A stretch of 64,000 nt of DNA, from NCBI GenBank assembly GCA_053919585.1, contig CM132799.1, one strand, 5' to 3'. Below the pieces are notes generated by a model, which had not been told where the DNA came from, searched no databases, and was given only the letters and a program-made list of their open reading frames with translations. This stretch comes from Euprymna scolopes. Taxonomy: Eukaryota. The translations under genes were made by a program, and so were the position numbers. This document shows, one piece after another, positions 1 through 12,489 of this stretch; the stretch's first letter is position 1; each line of letters begins with the position of its first letter.

Positions 1-581
1 TTAGAAATAATTTGGTGCAAGTAACAGAGTGTATTTAATACAGGGTATAAATGCCATCCCCAAAATTAAGACGAACATTTTATTGCATACGCCCGAAAAG
101 TAAAGTCAGAGTTTGATATACTCAAGATAAAGAATATGTATAAACATGTGTTCACATGTCTCATTACAGTTGAAAATAAATCGATGAAATAACATAGGAA
201 AAATTAGACAGCTGCATATAAAAAAATAAGAAAATTGCCAGACCCTTACTGATAGGAGGAAACAATTTTAAGAGTAATTTACCCCCCTATAGTATACAAT
301 GGAATTACACAGTTCTAAAGAAAATGGAGGCGTTGAAAAGTTGCATTTTATTAAGTATGGATAAAGCACACTATATAAAAAATAATTTGTAAGAGTACTT
401 GCAGATTTTACAAATCGCAATGTCTATAAATTATTGCTATCAGTTTTTTACACAGAATATATATTTAAAAGCTAAATAACAGAAAAAATATACAAAACTA
501 ATCACCCTGAGGCATATTTACACGTCAAATTCGAAGTGTAAATGTGCATAATATTTGAGAGGTAAAACACATAAACAATTA

Positions 582-1497
582 CAGTGTATCACAAAAGTGA
601 ATGCCCCCTTACATTTCTTCAAATATTTATTCATATCCCTTAATGGGACAACAATGAAAAAATGATATTGTGACACATAAATATAGTCTGTCTGCAGCAT
701 ATATAACAGATTTACTTCATTCCCCCCTAACATAAATCAAAATTATAGCCATTAAAAGCTAAATCCCTAACAACAAAAGTGAATATACTCCCTACAAAAA
801 GTTGTCAATATTATCATACAACGTGTCATCTCTCACTTTTGTATGACCTCCATCATTATCCAAAGATATCTTTACACCCCTGGGCATAGAGTTCACCGGA
901 GCTTCAAATGGTTCCACTGTAAATCTCTCTCACTCCTAAATTACATCGCGGAGCTGGCGAATATTTGAGACTTTCCACACCTCCACCTTCTACTTGAGGA
1001 TTCTCCAAAAATGTTCTATTGGCTTCAAGTTTGAGGAGATGATTGCCCACTCAATCACCTTTACCCACAGCTTCTTCAGTAAAGCAGCGGTTATCTTGGA
1101 TGTGTGTTATTCGTCATGCGACTCAGTTTTTTTAAGGAGGTGGTCCTGCTCTTCTAGTATTTGACAGTACATGATGGAGTTCATGTTTCCCTCGGTATAA
1201 TTTAACTTGCTAATACCTGCCGTACTCATACAGCAAGAGAGCATGTCATTCCTGTCACCACTGTGGGCATGCCCCACTTATTTTGTACTCTTCAAATTAG
1301 CGTGTGTGGCTGTCACCCAAGGAGCAATCCTCTTCTGAAGGCAATACACAACAATGCCCAAAAACAGTTTGCTGAGGACCTGTCAGTAAACGTCATAGAT
1401 TACTACCCATAGCCCATGATCTGATGAGTCTAAAATTTAATTTGAGTTGTTCTTATGGTTTTCATTCAACGACCATATAAGGAGTACAATGATATGT
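582..1497 (-). mobile_element. Tc1-like transposon relic: one TIR with IR/DR structure plus a degraded transposase
   Basis: TA|CAGTGTATCACAAAAGTGA end at 580-600 and an inner repeat ACAAAAGTGA at ~773. The minus strand encodes ...HTSKITAALLKKLWVKVIEWAIISSNLKPIEHFWRILK*KVEVWKVSNIRQLRDV...VNSMPRGVKISLDNDGGHTK, matching the Tc1 WPSxSPDLNPIE C-terminus. Segment 1293-1497 is transposase sequence in the opposite (+) orientation. Confidence 0.85.
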
Positions 1498-1499
1498 GA

Positions 1500-2750
1500 A
1501 ATAGTGTGTAGCTTGTGTTAATCCATCGGTTATTAACGCATCTGATCTGGAGGTACACTGCATCGAAGATGTCCACTTCATCCACCAGGCCAGTCCACTA
1601 GGTGTTTGAGTTTGGTGCAAGGGTAGCCTGGTGTTGCTGGCTAGTCAGGTATCTTTTTCAGCAAGTTGGCATGTTGTTTTTTGAACGGGTCGGATGACCC
1701 TCTCCTTATATTTCTTATTGCGGCTGGAATACAGTTGAATGATCTTGTACCACTGTAGGTGCAGCTATACTGGATGAGAGACTTGGTCCGCTGTGGTTTT
1801 TATATAAACTTCCTCGCTGCTGATGGATTATTCTGTTATTGTTGTTGTGTTTTGGACCCTTTCTTCCAAGATTTCCCATAGATAGGTGATAATATATCGT
1901 TCTCTTCGGCATTGTACTGAATACAGTTGCAGCTCCGTTTGCCTCTCCCAGTAATTCATATTCTGCTTGGGAATGTTCTCTGCTCTCCTTCTATTTTTCA
2001 GATTTCTTTTATTTTTGTTGAGACCACAGCTGATAGCAGTATTCGAGCCCTGGAAGAACAAAGGGGGTTCCATAGTGCAAGCATGTACTTTCTGTTCATA
2101 CTCCTGAAGGTTCTCAATATTCATACTGTTAGTTGTCTTGCGATCAATTTAGTGTTTTCAATATGTTGTGTGAATGTTACATCGCTCCTCTTATAATACA
2201 TAGATCCTTCACTTCTTCCTTTAATGTTATTTCTTGTTGGCCACATATGCATCCAGAGTTTTCTCTAAGCAGGTATTCATTACCATATTGTAGTAGTTCA
2301 AATTTGTCTCTGTTAAGAGCTATGTTGCTCTCATAAGCGCATTTTCTAATGTTATTTGGCATTCTTGTAAAAGCTTTGAATTATGTGGAGATCGTTTCCA
2401 TGATTCGTGTGTTATCAGCGAAATATGTTGCCATGTCATGTTGCAGGTCTTTGTCTCTGCCATAACCATTAAGAAAAAAATAGTTAACCAAATACTGAAC
2501 GTTATGGTACGCCTATGAATAGCTTACTTGCCTCTTATAAGCTTTCTCGAATGGTTACTTTTTGTATCCTTTCCGAGCGGAAGTTGTGTATCAATATTCC
2601 AAGTATTCCACAAATACCCAATGAGCGAATTATTTCCAAGAGCATGCCTGGATGTCTACTTTGTAAAAATCTCTATAGATTACGTCTACTTTATCTCCAT
2701 CTTGATTATGATGTAGGATATTTTCATAGTGAGATATTCTATATGCCATC
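1500..2750 (-). mobile_element. CR1-group LINE relic (RT C-terminal half and 3' UTR)
   Basis: Minus-strand fragments YFADNTR (FADDT-like), NIALNRDKFELLQYG, and MNYWERQTELQLYSVQCRRERYIITYLWEILEE. Many stops and frameshifts. Confidence 0.8.
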
Positions 2751-2779
2751 ATTTAATCTCCAGGATGATGTCATTGATT

Positions 2780-3500
2780 AGAACTTTCACTTATTTGACG
2801 AAAACTATCACGGATATTAACAATAGTGGAAATCAATGCAAAGATGGATAATTAGAAGCAAATGACCAGCTGATGAAGACGGACTACTTACCATGAAACA
2901 TATTTTATCTTGATCCATATTCATATTGAGTATGCAGAACTGTAAGAGGATTACTATCTAGGATATTAACTAGTAGTCAATAGTTTATCGAAACAGTTAA
3001 ACATTTCTAGATACAACCACTCAGCAGTTTTGAATACAATAAATGACCTTAGACAAAGTAGTTAATCGGTTGTGAGTACTAAATATGATTGTATGTAATG
3101 ATGGCACCATATAAACAGGAAAACTTAAGGACTACTGCGAGTCGATACAACTGCTGTAAAGTACCTTTAGCTTAACAAGTAAACCGACCATGATCCATGT
3201 AGTCTTACATTATCCAGTTCATAGAGGTGGCAACATTTAAATTGGCTGATTCGACAACTACTGAGTATTTTTAGGTAATCTTGGTTTCAGAATTATCACG
3301 AGTAAACTGAAAACCGTGAAGCATTATACATTGTAAATCATACGATAACTTTACTGAGAAGAAACTTTGATATATCAATAGTTTCACGAAATTGACATGT
3401 AAACTGGCTAGCTCATTCGAGCAATTTACACCAAGTACATTTTATTTAGAAGTAAAGTAAAGACCGATGCCTACGTCGATACAAAAAATAATGGAAGGCA
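2780..3500 (+). mobile_element. Probable Penelope-like element relic with a degenerate hammerhead motif
   Basis: CTGATGA...GAAAC at 2870-2899. Downstream peptide traces such as FLDTT and ILGNLGFRIITSKLKTV resemble a PLE reverse transcriptase. Confidence 0.4.
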
Positions 3501-3849
3501 AAATTCGATATATTATAATACAGCTTAATTTCATACGCGGATTTGAAAAAGTACAAACAGTTGCATAAAGGCTTATACGTGAGAGACGCATGCTCTTGGC
3601 TAATCACTTTTTTTATTTCTTTTTATTTCGTAAATCAGGCGAACTATCTTAAGTCAATCGTTATTATACAGAAAGTAAAGCTACGCCCTGAATCATATTT
3701 TTCTAAAACCATTCTTTTTTTTTTTACTGTTATCGTCATCTTTATAGTTGTTGTCGTTTCACCATGTGCCACAGTGAATATAGGTACTGAATCTGTGCGG
3801 TTCCAGGTATGCATTGTCTGAAGACAGTGGTTTTCATCTTATCTAAGCA

Positions 3850-5300
3850 GGTCAAGGGATTAGTTTTCCAAAACGTGTTAAGACAACAACTATAGAAAGC
3901 AACAATTTCTGGGAATAAGTAACAAGGCTTAACATCTCTATCTCATCTGGATTAATAATCTGGAGACAGTCAGAGGAATAGTTGGTCGATACGTGTTGGA
4001 ATAACAAGTACAAAGATGAGTATAGCAGTCCAAAAAGGAATGTATGCACATAAAGTGCACTTCAGATGTATCTACAAGATTCAGTACAGCTCCAAAGAAA
4101 TCCGAAACGTGTTCAGTTTCTACAGTAAACACATGGACTAGCACATAGTAAAATTAAAAACAAAAACTGGACAACTCGTCTAATAGAGGCTATTCAATTA
4201 GAATAACGCAGACGAAATACTCAAAACCTTCCAAAAATAAAAGCGTTGAGGTCTTCAAAAGATACATAGCAACCAGGTCTTCAAAAAACAAGAAAATAAG
4301 TACAATCCCCAGAAGAGTGCAAAAACTAAAGCCACACCAAAAAAGGCTAATTCTACCAACAATAAATGCCAACGGAAAAAAGAGTTTATTCATTCATTTT
4401 CAAGGGATTTGAGAAGTTTAAGGGTTATTAGCCGTTAAACTTTTCAAATCATATGAAAATGAATGATTGAAATAGAAATTCAAAAAGATATCCAATATCA
4501 ATACACATACCTAATTCTTCTATGCATATGCCAAGAGTATACATAACATAACAAATGCCTCAACTACGTCCGAGCGTCTACCGCTCACCTTTGGAAGTAA
4601 GGAGTCGACAAAGTAGACATCTATATATTCCTGCATAATATTTGCTCACTCGGACTTTTTAAAAAACATGGAAATGGATACACACCTTCCACAAAAAGCG
4701 AGGGAGTTTATTAGAAGGGGGAGTAAGGTCATCAACGGCGTACTACAAAGTTCAATATTAAATCATTTATTATTCCTTGTAATGGTGTTTGACTAAGATA
4801 GTGATCTGGAATTCGCTAGAGCAACATCTTTTGCTGCCGACACACGGACCAACAAAAAGATCTCCACGCAACCTGACTGAAGACTTTATGCAGAAGACCT
4901 CAGCAAAAATATCCACTAAGCGAATCGCAAAAATATGGCTCAATTCAGAGACTGGAATTTCAACGACTCTATTACGGCTATGAATACTATCTAAATAAAA
5001 CATAAGGATACTGGTTTGGGCAACAAGAAATCATGCCTACAGTTAAACAAGAACAGTAAACTGTATTCCAGCCGAAATAATAATAACAAATAGAGTCTCC
5101 TGTGACGTATCCAAAAAACTTCCGGCAACTGTCTGAAAAATGTCCATGCCCATCACAAAAATTAGGCTACCCTAGGGCTTAACCTCAATATTCTAGTGGA
5201 CTGAACCGCTGTAGGAAGTAGTCCGACTCAGTGCAGTGAGGGGTCCAGCTCAGCCTTGTGAATAGCTGAGAGAATAACGCGCAGAGACAAACAACCAGCC
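3850..5300 (+). mobile_element. CR1-group LINE relic, heavily deleted
   Basis: NGVLQSSILNHLLFLV (GVPQGS..GPLLF-like) at ~4735 and FAADTR at ~4830. The 3' end at 5185-5295 resembles the reverse complement of 1500-1610. Confidence 0.65.
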
Positions 5301-5818
5301 TTCAAGTAGTTGTTTCAAAATGATTTCTAAGAGGTGTGTGCACTTGACTCAAATTGTGTTCGTTGAGCAGAACCAATTCATCGCAATGTAATGACGATTT
5401 TTAATCATCGCTGATTAGTGTACATCAACAGAATATAGCGAAGTACGATAAAAAAGAAATTTAATTAGGCGGCAAGTTGCCAATCATCCATGTGTTGATT
5501 TTCTTATTAATTAAGAGAGAATGAGAGCAACTAAATCAGGAAAACAAATTTGGAGCAGGTGTGTCTTGAGAGAAATATAAATTAGGCACGGTAAAATCTG
5601 ACTAAACGAAAAATAAAAGAGCGGTATCATTTCCCACGTGGTAATCACACGCGAAACCTCAAAGAAAATTTTTAATTTATAATCACAAACAAAAATGGCA
5701 ATAGTGTCAAATATATTAACGCAAGTTTGCAAACGCAAAGAGTGATTGGAAAGACATTTATTATTTGATTAATGTTTCTTACTATTCTTGCAATAGACAA
5801 ATATTAATCTACGACATA

Positions 5819-5820
<2 letters not shown>

Positions 5821-5878
<58 letters not shown>
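5821..5878. repeat. (TA)n microsatellite
   Basis: Pure AT dinucleotide run. Similar runs occur at ~9154-9230, 12420-12486, 18007-18038, 22668-22726, 32081-32134, 41928-41972, 44682-44747, 45187-45274, 55773-56053 and 59310-59387. Confidence 0.98.
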
Positions 5879-5883
<5 letters not shown>

Positions 5884-5899
5884 TTTGTTGCGGGGTACA

Positions 5900-6357
5900 A
5901 AATTTTATTATGGCTATGTAAACACTAAATTTTAACTTGTTCGAAAACATTATTTATTTAAGATTGTGAAATTAAAAAAATAAAAATGAATGTGCCAGCT
6001 GACCGATTTCGAAGCTCGCTCAACAGAGCTAAAATCGAGCTTAATTACGTTTTAAAAAGAAAAGGGGGAACAATGAATGGGAGATGAAAATGTAGGAGGA
6101 ATATATGCATATAAAAAAGAGAGGGATGAATTAATTATTAAACAGAAACTAGATTAAGCCCTAAGATATTCTCTTTTTGTTTGTAAATAGAAGGTCTCAG
6201 AGTCTTAATATATATAGTTTCTAGAATTTAAAGATGATAATGATAGTGCGACTTACTAAGGATGGAAAAAAAGTCCGCACTAAAATTCAAAGCGCAAATA
6301 ATCGTATTTGCGCTTTGAATTTAAGTGCGGATTTTTTTTCCATCCTTAGTAAGTCGC
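5900..6357 (-). mobile_element. Penelope-like element 3' end (GIY-YIG C-terminus, hammerhead, fold-back 5' junction)
   Basis: Minus strand reads FSILSKSHYHYHL*ILETIYIKTLRPSIYKQKE. Hammerhead-like motif at 5996-6031. 53-bp inverted arms at 6248-6357. Confidence 0.75.
5996..6031 (-). ncRNA. Minimal type I hammerhead ribozyme motif with one core substitution
   Basis: Minus strand UAGCU-CUGUUGA-GCGAGCUUC-GAAA-UCGG-UC-AGCUG: P1 AGCU/AGCU, core CUGANGA with A>U, GAAA, GUC cleavage triplet. Confidence 0.6.
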
Positions 6358-6429
6358 CTTCTCTTTGTTCGCTGTGAACGTTAGGTTGAGGAGTTTAAAA
6401 GAAATAATTTCTGGTAATGTGTGTTTAAA

Positions 6430-7070
6430 CATTGCTAGTCGTTGAAGAGAAGGTTTCTTTTAATTATTATGAAGGAAACAAGCTTAGTGTTGGCAACATT
6501 GAATGATACCGTCCATTTATGCCCTCTTTCCAGTTCTCAAGTTTTTCTGCCATTTCCTTTGATATGTGTTCATTTGTTTAGAGCGTGCTGTTGTGAGCAA
6601 ATATACCCATCTCCAAGATAATTTCATCAGGGAGGTCATTTATGAGTACCAGAAATATTAAAGATCCGATTGTGGATCTCTGCGACACTCCCGCATTTAT
6701 ATGATATTGTTTATATGTACGACTCTTGTGGATAACCTGTAGTCTACTCTTACTTAAGAAGGATTTAATTACGATATGTATTATTCAAGTGATACCATTT
6801 AATCTGACTTTTCTGAGAAGATCATCATGCCACGCCCTGTCAAAAGCCCTAGATATATCCAGAGATACTGATGTACCTTTCCCTGCTTTGTATAATGAAT
6901 ACTAGATACGTTCAAAGATTACAGTTAGGATATCTGTCGTGGAACGGGCTGTCCTAAATCATATTGTTTGTCGGTCAGAAGTTTATCTGCTGGAAAGTGA
7001 CGGACTAGAGCCTGCTTAATTATGGTCTCAAATATTTTGGCGAAAAGCCGAGGGATTACGGGGCGATAAA
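6430..7070 (-). mobile_element. CR1/Jockey-group LINE RT fragment
   Basis: Minus strand: FRTARSTTDILTVIFER, LDISRAFDRAWHDDLL, and INAGVSQRSTIGSLIFLVLINDLPDEIILEMGIFAHNSTL. Confidence 0.85.
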
Positions 7071-8020
7071 ACAAATAAGAAATACAACATCCATTTAAAT
7101 TAAATTAACTTAAGTGTAAATAATAGTTTTGGCAATGTATATATGTAGCTGTCATATAATGAAGGAAAAACCTCTTCTTCCTCGCTTTTTTCTATCCTTG
7201 ACATTAGTTACGCGAATGTTTCAAATGTCAGGGTCGGTTAATTTAAGTTTGTTTTACGAACAAGCATAACGACCTAGAAATCAGATGCAATAATTGCCTA
7301 TATCCTTATTTCTACTAATATGTTTCTACGTTTGTATTTATATTTAAACAACATAATTTAAACACACAATCACATGCAGGTAAACACGCACACGTACATG
7401 CATAGATATACGAACCTTCTTAAACGCTACGATATTTATATTTGTTTGATTAACACACTGGGGTTAATTACGACTAATATCTGTATTTATTATAAACAAT
7501 TAACGAAATAAGAAAAAAATGAAACAATAATATCGTTTTAAACCAAAATTAAGAAGTTTCGAGATAAAGTCAGAGGAAAGGTGACAAAACACGTAGGTTA
7601 ACTCAGCGTAGGATGAAGAGGGACGTCAGCGATTGACGGGGATAAGGAGATTGGGGAATTAAGAGAGAGGAGAAAGGGGGTGTTAGAATAAAAAGAAAAC
7701 AAAAACTTGCACAAATGTGTGACCGAACAGTGCTTTAGCCGACTTGTAAGCAAAAAATAAGCTCATAACGCTAGACAATATTTAAACAGTACTAAATACC
7801 ATTTAAAAATAGATGTATAATTGTCATTACTGAACCATGCAATGAAGAAAATCGAGTTAATTAAAAAGAGGTAAAACCATAAGAACTGGGGGCTTGCGCT
7901 GATTATCATTTGATCAGTTTTCTGTAAGTCTATTGCCATTAAATGTTCAAATGTTTAAAAAATCTATACCAAGAATGTGAATACAAAGATATCTTCCATA
8001 ATATAACCTGTCTGTTTAAA

Positions 8021-8482
8021 TGTATGTATGCATGTATGTATGTACGCATAGATGTGTGTATGTCTGCTTAAACTTTCCGACAAACTGACAGGTGTTCACG
8101 GGATCGGAATCGATTTGCAGTTCGACCCTTTGGACGAAACATACCGATGCATTGCCCAAAACTTTAATTTCTTCAATCTTAACTGAGAATTGTTTTTTTC
8201 ATAGCGAGGTGTCGCCTTTTCCGTCGGTATTTTCGATAGGCATACCTTCTGTTCGATTCTCCAGCATTAATTTAAACCTTCGTCAATTCCGTATTGGCGA
8301 TGGGGTGAACTGCAATGAAGTCACTTTTTTATTACGTTATATTGTCCTCCTTCCATTACGGTCCCTAGCTTGCCTGCATACTATCACTTTTTCTTTGTAC
8401 ACCCCACACCTCCAAACACCCAGGCAACACCGGGCACTTAGGCAAAGCCGTGCGCCCAGGAAACGCCGGCCACGCAGGCTAG
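8021..8482 (+). mobile_element. Non-autonomous Helitron-like element
   Basis: Starts in (TGTA)n. Ends in GC hairpin-like motifs (CCCAGGCAACACCGGG; CCCAGGAAACGCCGG) followed by CTAG|T. Homologous to 28455-28862. Confidence 0.7.
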
Positions 8483-9153
8483 TTATAAATAAACGAGGCA
8501 GACTGATGGCATACTTTAGGAATAAACACTGTTCAAGATTACAATTTACGAAATTCAGACCCGATCTATATATTAGCAGTGGACTCAATGGTATGTATTG
8601 CTAACACGTTCCTCTCTGCACCCTGAAACTAATCAATAAATTTAATAATTATTAACCAACTGCAAGAGGGCATTATGTTTACTTTCGATATATTTTGTGC
8701 GCTTAATTTTAAGCTTAATGGGTTGTGTCAGTTAGACAGTTAAGTAGACCGAAATGCAAGTAGCAGTAGATTCATTAAAATAGAACATAATATAAGCGTT
8801 ATATGTAAGACATATGAACGTGATTTTCTTTTCGATAAATTGGACATTGTAATTTTTTTAGAACGTAAAGGTAGAAGTATAAGATATACCACTGAATTAT
8901 ATAGATTGTCCAAAATATATATAGAAATATATAATGTATATTACTAGGGAAATACAGATACAAGATCGTCTTGTTGATTATATGTATCTTATATATAGTT
9001 GGTCTTCGATGGGTCATGCACAATTATAGAAAACCCATATTTCGAGTACAGTAAGGTTAATGTGGTCCAGCTAGCGACTATATGTATGTTTGTACACACC
9101 ATCATATTCCTCAGAATGTTTTTACACATGTATATCTTTTACACATATATAAA

Positions 9154-9235
<82 letters not shown>

Positions 9236-9729
9236 ATACAGACAGAGTGAAAGACAGATACAAAGAAAGCTAGATAGATAAGTGTGTGTACACAAGCGAA
9301 CATGTGCTTATCAGACTACATTTATGGTGCAGGGTGGTGGTAGAGATGCTTAAAACAACGAGAATGTAATGAGATCACATTGAACCCCATAGATATATGG
9401 ATAGAGGATAGATATACACTTGAAAAGGATAGCATATTAATACGTTAATATGCGAATGCGTATGACCGTAAGTGTGTATGTGTATGTATATGTATGTACA
9501 AACATGTGCTGGACTGTAGTGGCCGTATACATTACAGAATATAACGTTTGCGTCAGTACTCTCTGTTAAGAGTTTAATACAGAACAATATATGTATTTGC
9601 GAATATACATTTATGTATGTATATATGCATACGTTTGTACGTTCTTACTAATTTGTACATAAAGTTTTATAGATCAATCTATCAGATACACACACACACA
9701 GCCATATATATATGAGAAATCTAAAACTG

Positions 9730-9789
9730 TTCAAAGGCACTATATTAAGATTTCATTCAAAGACACTATATTAAGATTTAATTCAAAGA
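9730..9789. repeat. ~27-bp tandem duplication
   Basis: TTCAAAG(G/A)CACTATATTAAGATTT(C/A)A occurs twice, plus a partial third copy. Confidence 0.85.
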
Positions 9790-10930
9790 AATTGCACAAG
9801 AATTACACCGTGATCATTAAAAAAAAATATTGTACGAACCCTCAACTTTTCAACAGACATTCAGACAAAGGGGAAATTCGTGAGAAATCTTATCTGTCAC
9901 GTCCAAGTATGAGCAAGATCAAGAGAGAAGTTCGCCGTAACCCACTTGAAACTAGCAAACAAGCTTTTGAAAAAAGCTGGCGTTCCTGATCTGCCCAAAA
10001 AATCTCGTTGCCGTATCTTGAGGGCGATTAACAAATTTGGAAAGCCAGAGGTTCGTCCTCAATTGAAGGCTATCCACAAGAAAAACAGGATGTAGTGGGC
10101 AAGAAATCACATGAAGATGAATTTTCAAACTATTTTGTTCACCAATGAGTGTCACGCAACCCTGGATGGACCCGATGAGTTGAGGGAAGGAATGTACCAT
10201 GATGAGGTCTACGTCCCCAAAAGGTCAGGCGTCAACAAGGAGGTAGTGATGTGATGGCATGGGCTGCAATTATTAGCAATGAGCTTGTAGGAGCATAAAG
10301 AGTTGCAGATGGAGTGAAAATTACCGCCAACCTCTACATTTACTTCATTAAAGACCACTTGCAACCCTGGCACACACAGAAGATTACATTCCGGAAAAAC
10401 CCTGGCACAAGAAGAAGATTTGGCATTCCGGTAAAGATGTTAGTCATGCATGATAATACACCGTCTCATTATGCAAGGATAGCAACTGAATATTTGGAGA
10501 GTGTTTTTTGGAGACTTAGGAAATAATGCGATGCCCAGCCTGTTCTCCTGATTTTAATCCCATCAAAAATCTGTGGATCATCATAAAACAAAGCATTTAC
10601 TCAAGATGAAGGCAGTACAACTCCAAGGACGACTTCTAGAATACTATTCTGACTGCTGTCAAAGACATTTCATCCGATGAAATCAAAAGTTTGTACATCT
10701 TCCATCTATTTGCTCTTGCCAATAAAAATGGAAATTATATAAGGTATGTATTGTACTATGAAACCACATTCACGTGGTTTGTTCTTTATTATTGTTGTCC
10801 TCGATTTACAAATTCCTAGAATAATCAATGTTTCGATGTTTTTTGGCGCATTGGTTTGCATATAAAGTTGGCACGCTGAAAAAAGTGCAAATCATAAAAA
10901 TAGCTGCCAATTGTGTATTATACTGTGTAG
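9790..10930 (+). mobile_element. Tc1/mariner transposase pseudogene, DD37/38E-type
   Basis: MNFQTILFTNECHATLDGPD, RQQGGSDVMAWAAI, MHDNTPSHYA and PACSPDFNPIKNLWIIIKQ motifs across frameshifts. About 37-38 residues separate the second D from the (mutated) E position. Confidence 0.85.
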
Positions 10931-11056
10931 ATTAGCTTAACGTTTTAGAGCTGCGCTTATGTTAGTTGTGCTATATAACGTATTAAATCTCACAAATTTA
11001 AAAATGCATGTCCGAAACATATTCTATTAAACCACAAAGTAGGGGTGGAATGGGTC

Positions 11057-11302
11057 GGCAAAATGGACGAGGTTAATGTAAAATATTTATACATTTGTTT
11101 CTCGCCTTTCTTGCGGTGTCGAAACATCCAGTGCTCCGAAGGATATTTTTATTAATTATCCCTTTGGTATAAAACCGTAAATTACAATGCAGTCACTTTT
11201 CCTTCTGTATACAAATGTTCTTCCTGTGGGGCACATATAAATGCGTAAATTTTTCGGCTAAAACATTATTATATTTACATTGAGGTTCGTCTTTATTTTG
11301 CC
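11057..11302. mobile_element. MITE-like element with imperfect ~30-bp terminal inverted repeats
   Basis: GGCAAAATGGACGAGGTTAATGTAAAATAT ... ATATTTACATTGAGGTTCGTCTTTATTTTGCC. Confidence 0.55.
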
Positions 11303-11499
11303 ACATGGGTCTCTATGGAGAGAGAGAAAGAGATAGATAAAGATAAAGCAATATATACAGCAAGACACTTTGATTAAATACGACGGAGTAATTTCCGTCT
11401 GTTTATCTGTAGATTAATTTATATACAGAAAGGAGAAAAGGGTCGGATGATCGGGAACATCAACAGAATATAAAAAAGAAAGAAAACTTTGCTCTACTC

Positions 11500-11565
11500 A
11501 ATCATACGTTCATTGGTAACAACTTGTTGCTAAAACATGGCGGACTGCCCTCTACTTCAGTACGT
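11500..11565 (+). promoter_or_regulatory. Candidate TSS/first exon with a YY1-like AACATGGCGG motif and a splice donor
   Basis: AAAACATGGCGG at 11532-11543 in a good initiation context, then CA|GTACGT donor at 11560. Apparently non-repetitive sequence. Confidence 0.3.
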
Positions 11566-12418
11566 TAAGAATTCAATGAGTTGGCATGCTTATTTTCACG
11601 CTCGTATATCCGTTTCATTAGATGTACTAGTGCTGCATTCAAACTTCGTTTTCCTTTCCTGCCATGTTAGAAAAAAAAACTTCTACGCTGCTTCGCCCGT
11701 TTCTGTGGCAGTTATTTATATTAAATTGACTTAAGCGAACTGCGACATCTAGTAGCCCACCCTGGGTCGCTTTAACGTCACTGTGGGTTCGATAACTAGT
11801 TCTTTATGTCTTTTATATGAAACCTCTAATATCTCCAACCGATTTATCCCAACGTTATCATCATGTGGCTTTGCTTTCCTGCGATGCTACCCTGCCTTTT
11901 TTCCAGTGGATGTGTAATGTCTTTGTAATGGTGGTTGTTGTTAAAGGGAGAAAGGCATATGTTACACGTCAAAAGGGAGGGAATATGTTTTCATTTCTTA
12001 CTTACATATCTTATTTACATTGTTATAAATACTATGCAATTCTATATTAAATATGTGTAAACATATGTGGGTATACANNNNNNNNNNNNNNNNNNNNNNN
12101 NNNNNNNNNNNNNNNNNNNNNNNNNNNNNNNNNNNNNNNNNNNNNNNNNNNNNNNNNNNNNNNNNNNNNNNNNNNNNNNNNNNNNNNNNNNNNNNNNNNN
12201 NNNNNNNNTGCGTACATATATTTCTACACAGACACACACACATATATATATACATAAATATGTATGTGTATACATATATATATATATATATAATGCACAA
12301 TGATACATACACACGCACTCACTAATTATATATGCGCGTATATAATTATATAATAGAAAGAGAAATCAGATTTGAATCAAGGGCGGGTAGGATCAGCAAG
12401 ACATACAGTGTATGGTTG

Positions 12419-12489
<71 letters not shown>

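Noticed and set aside
1421-1445. CTGATGAG as a hammerhead core
   Set aside because: It is the SDE codons of the Tc1 transposase, and no GAAA box or P2 stem follows.
8092-8604. 170-aa ORF
   Set aside because: It runs through a non-coding Helitron and past its terminus, has no recognisable domain, and the frame is not kept in the homologue at 28.5-28.9 kb.
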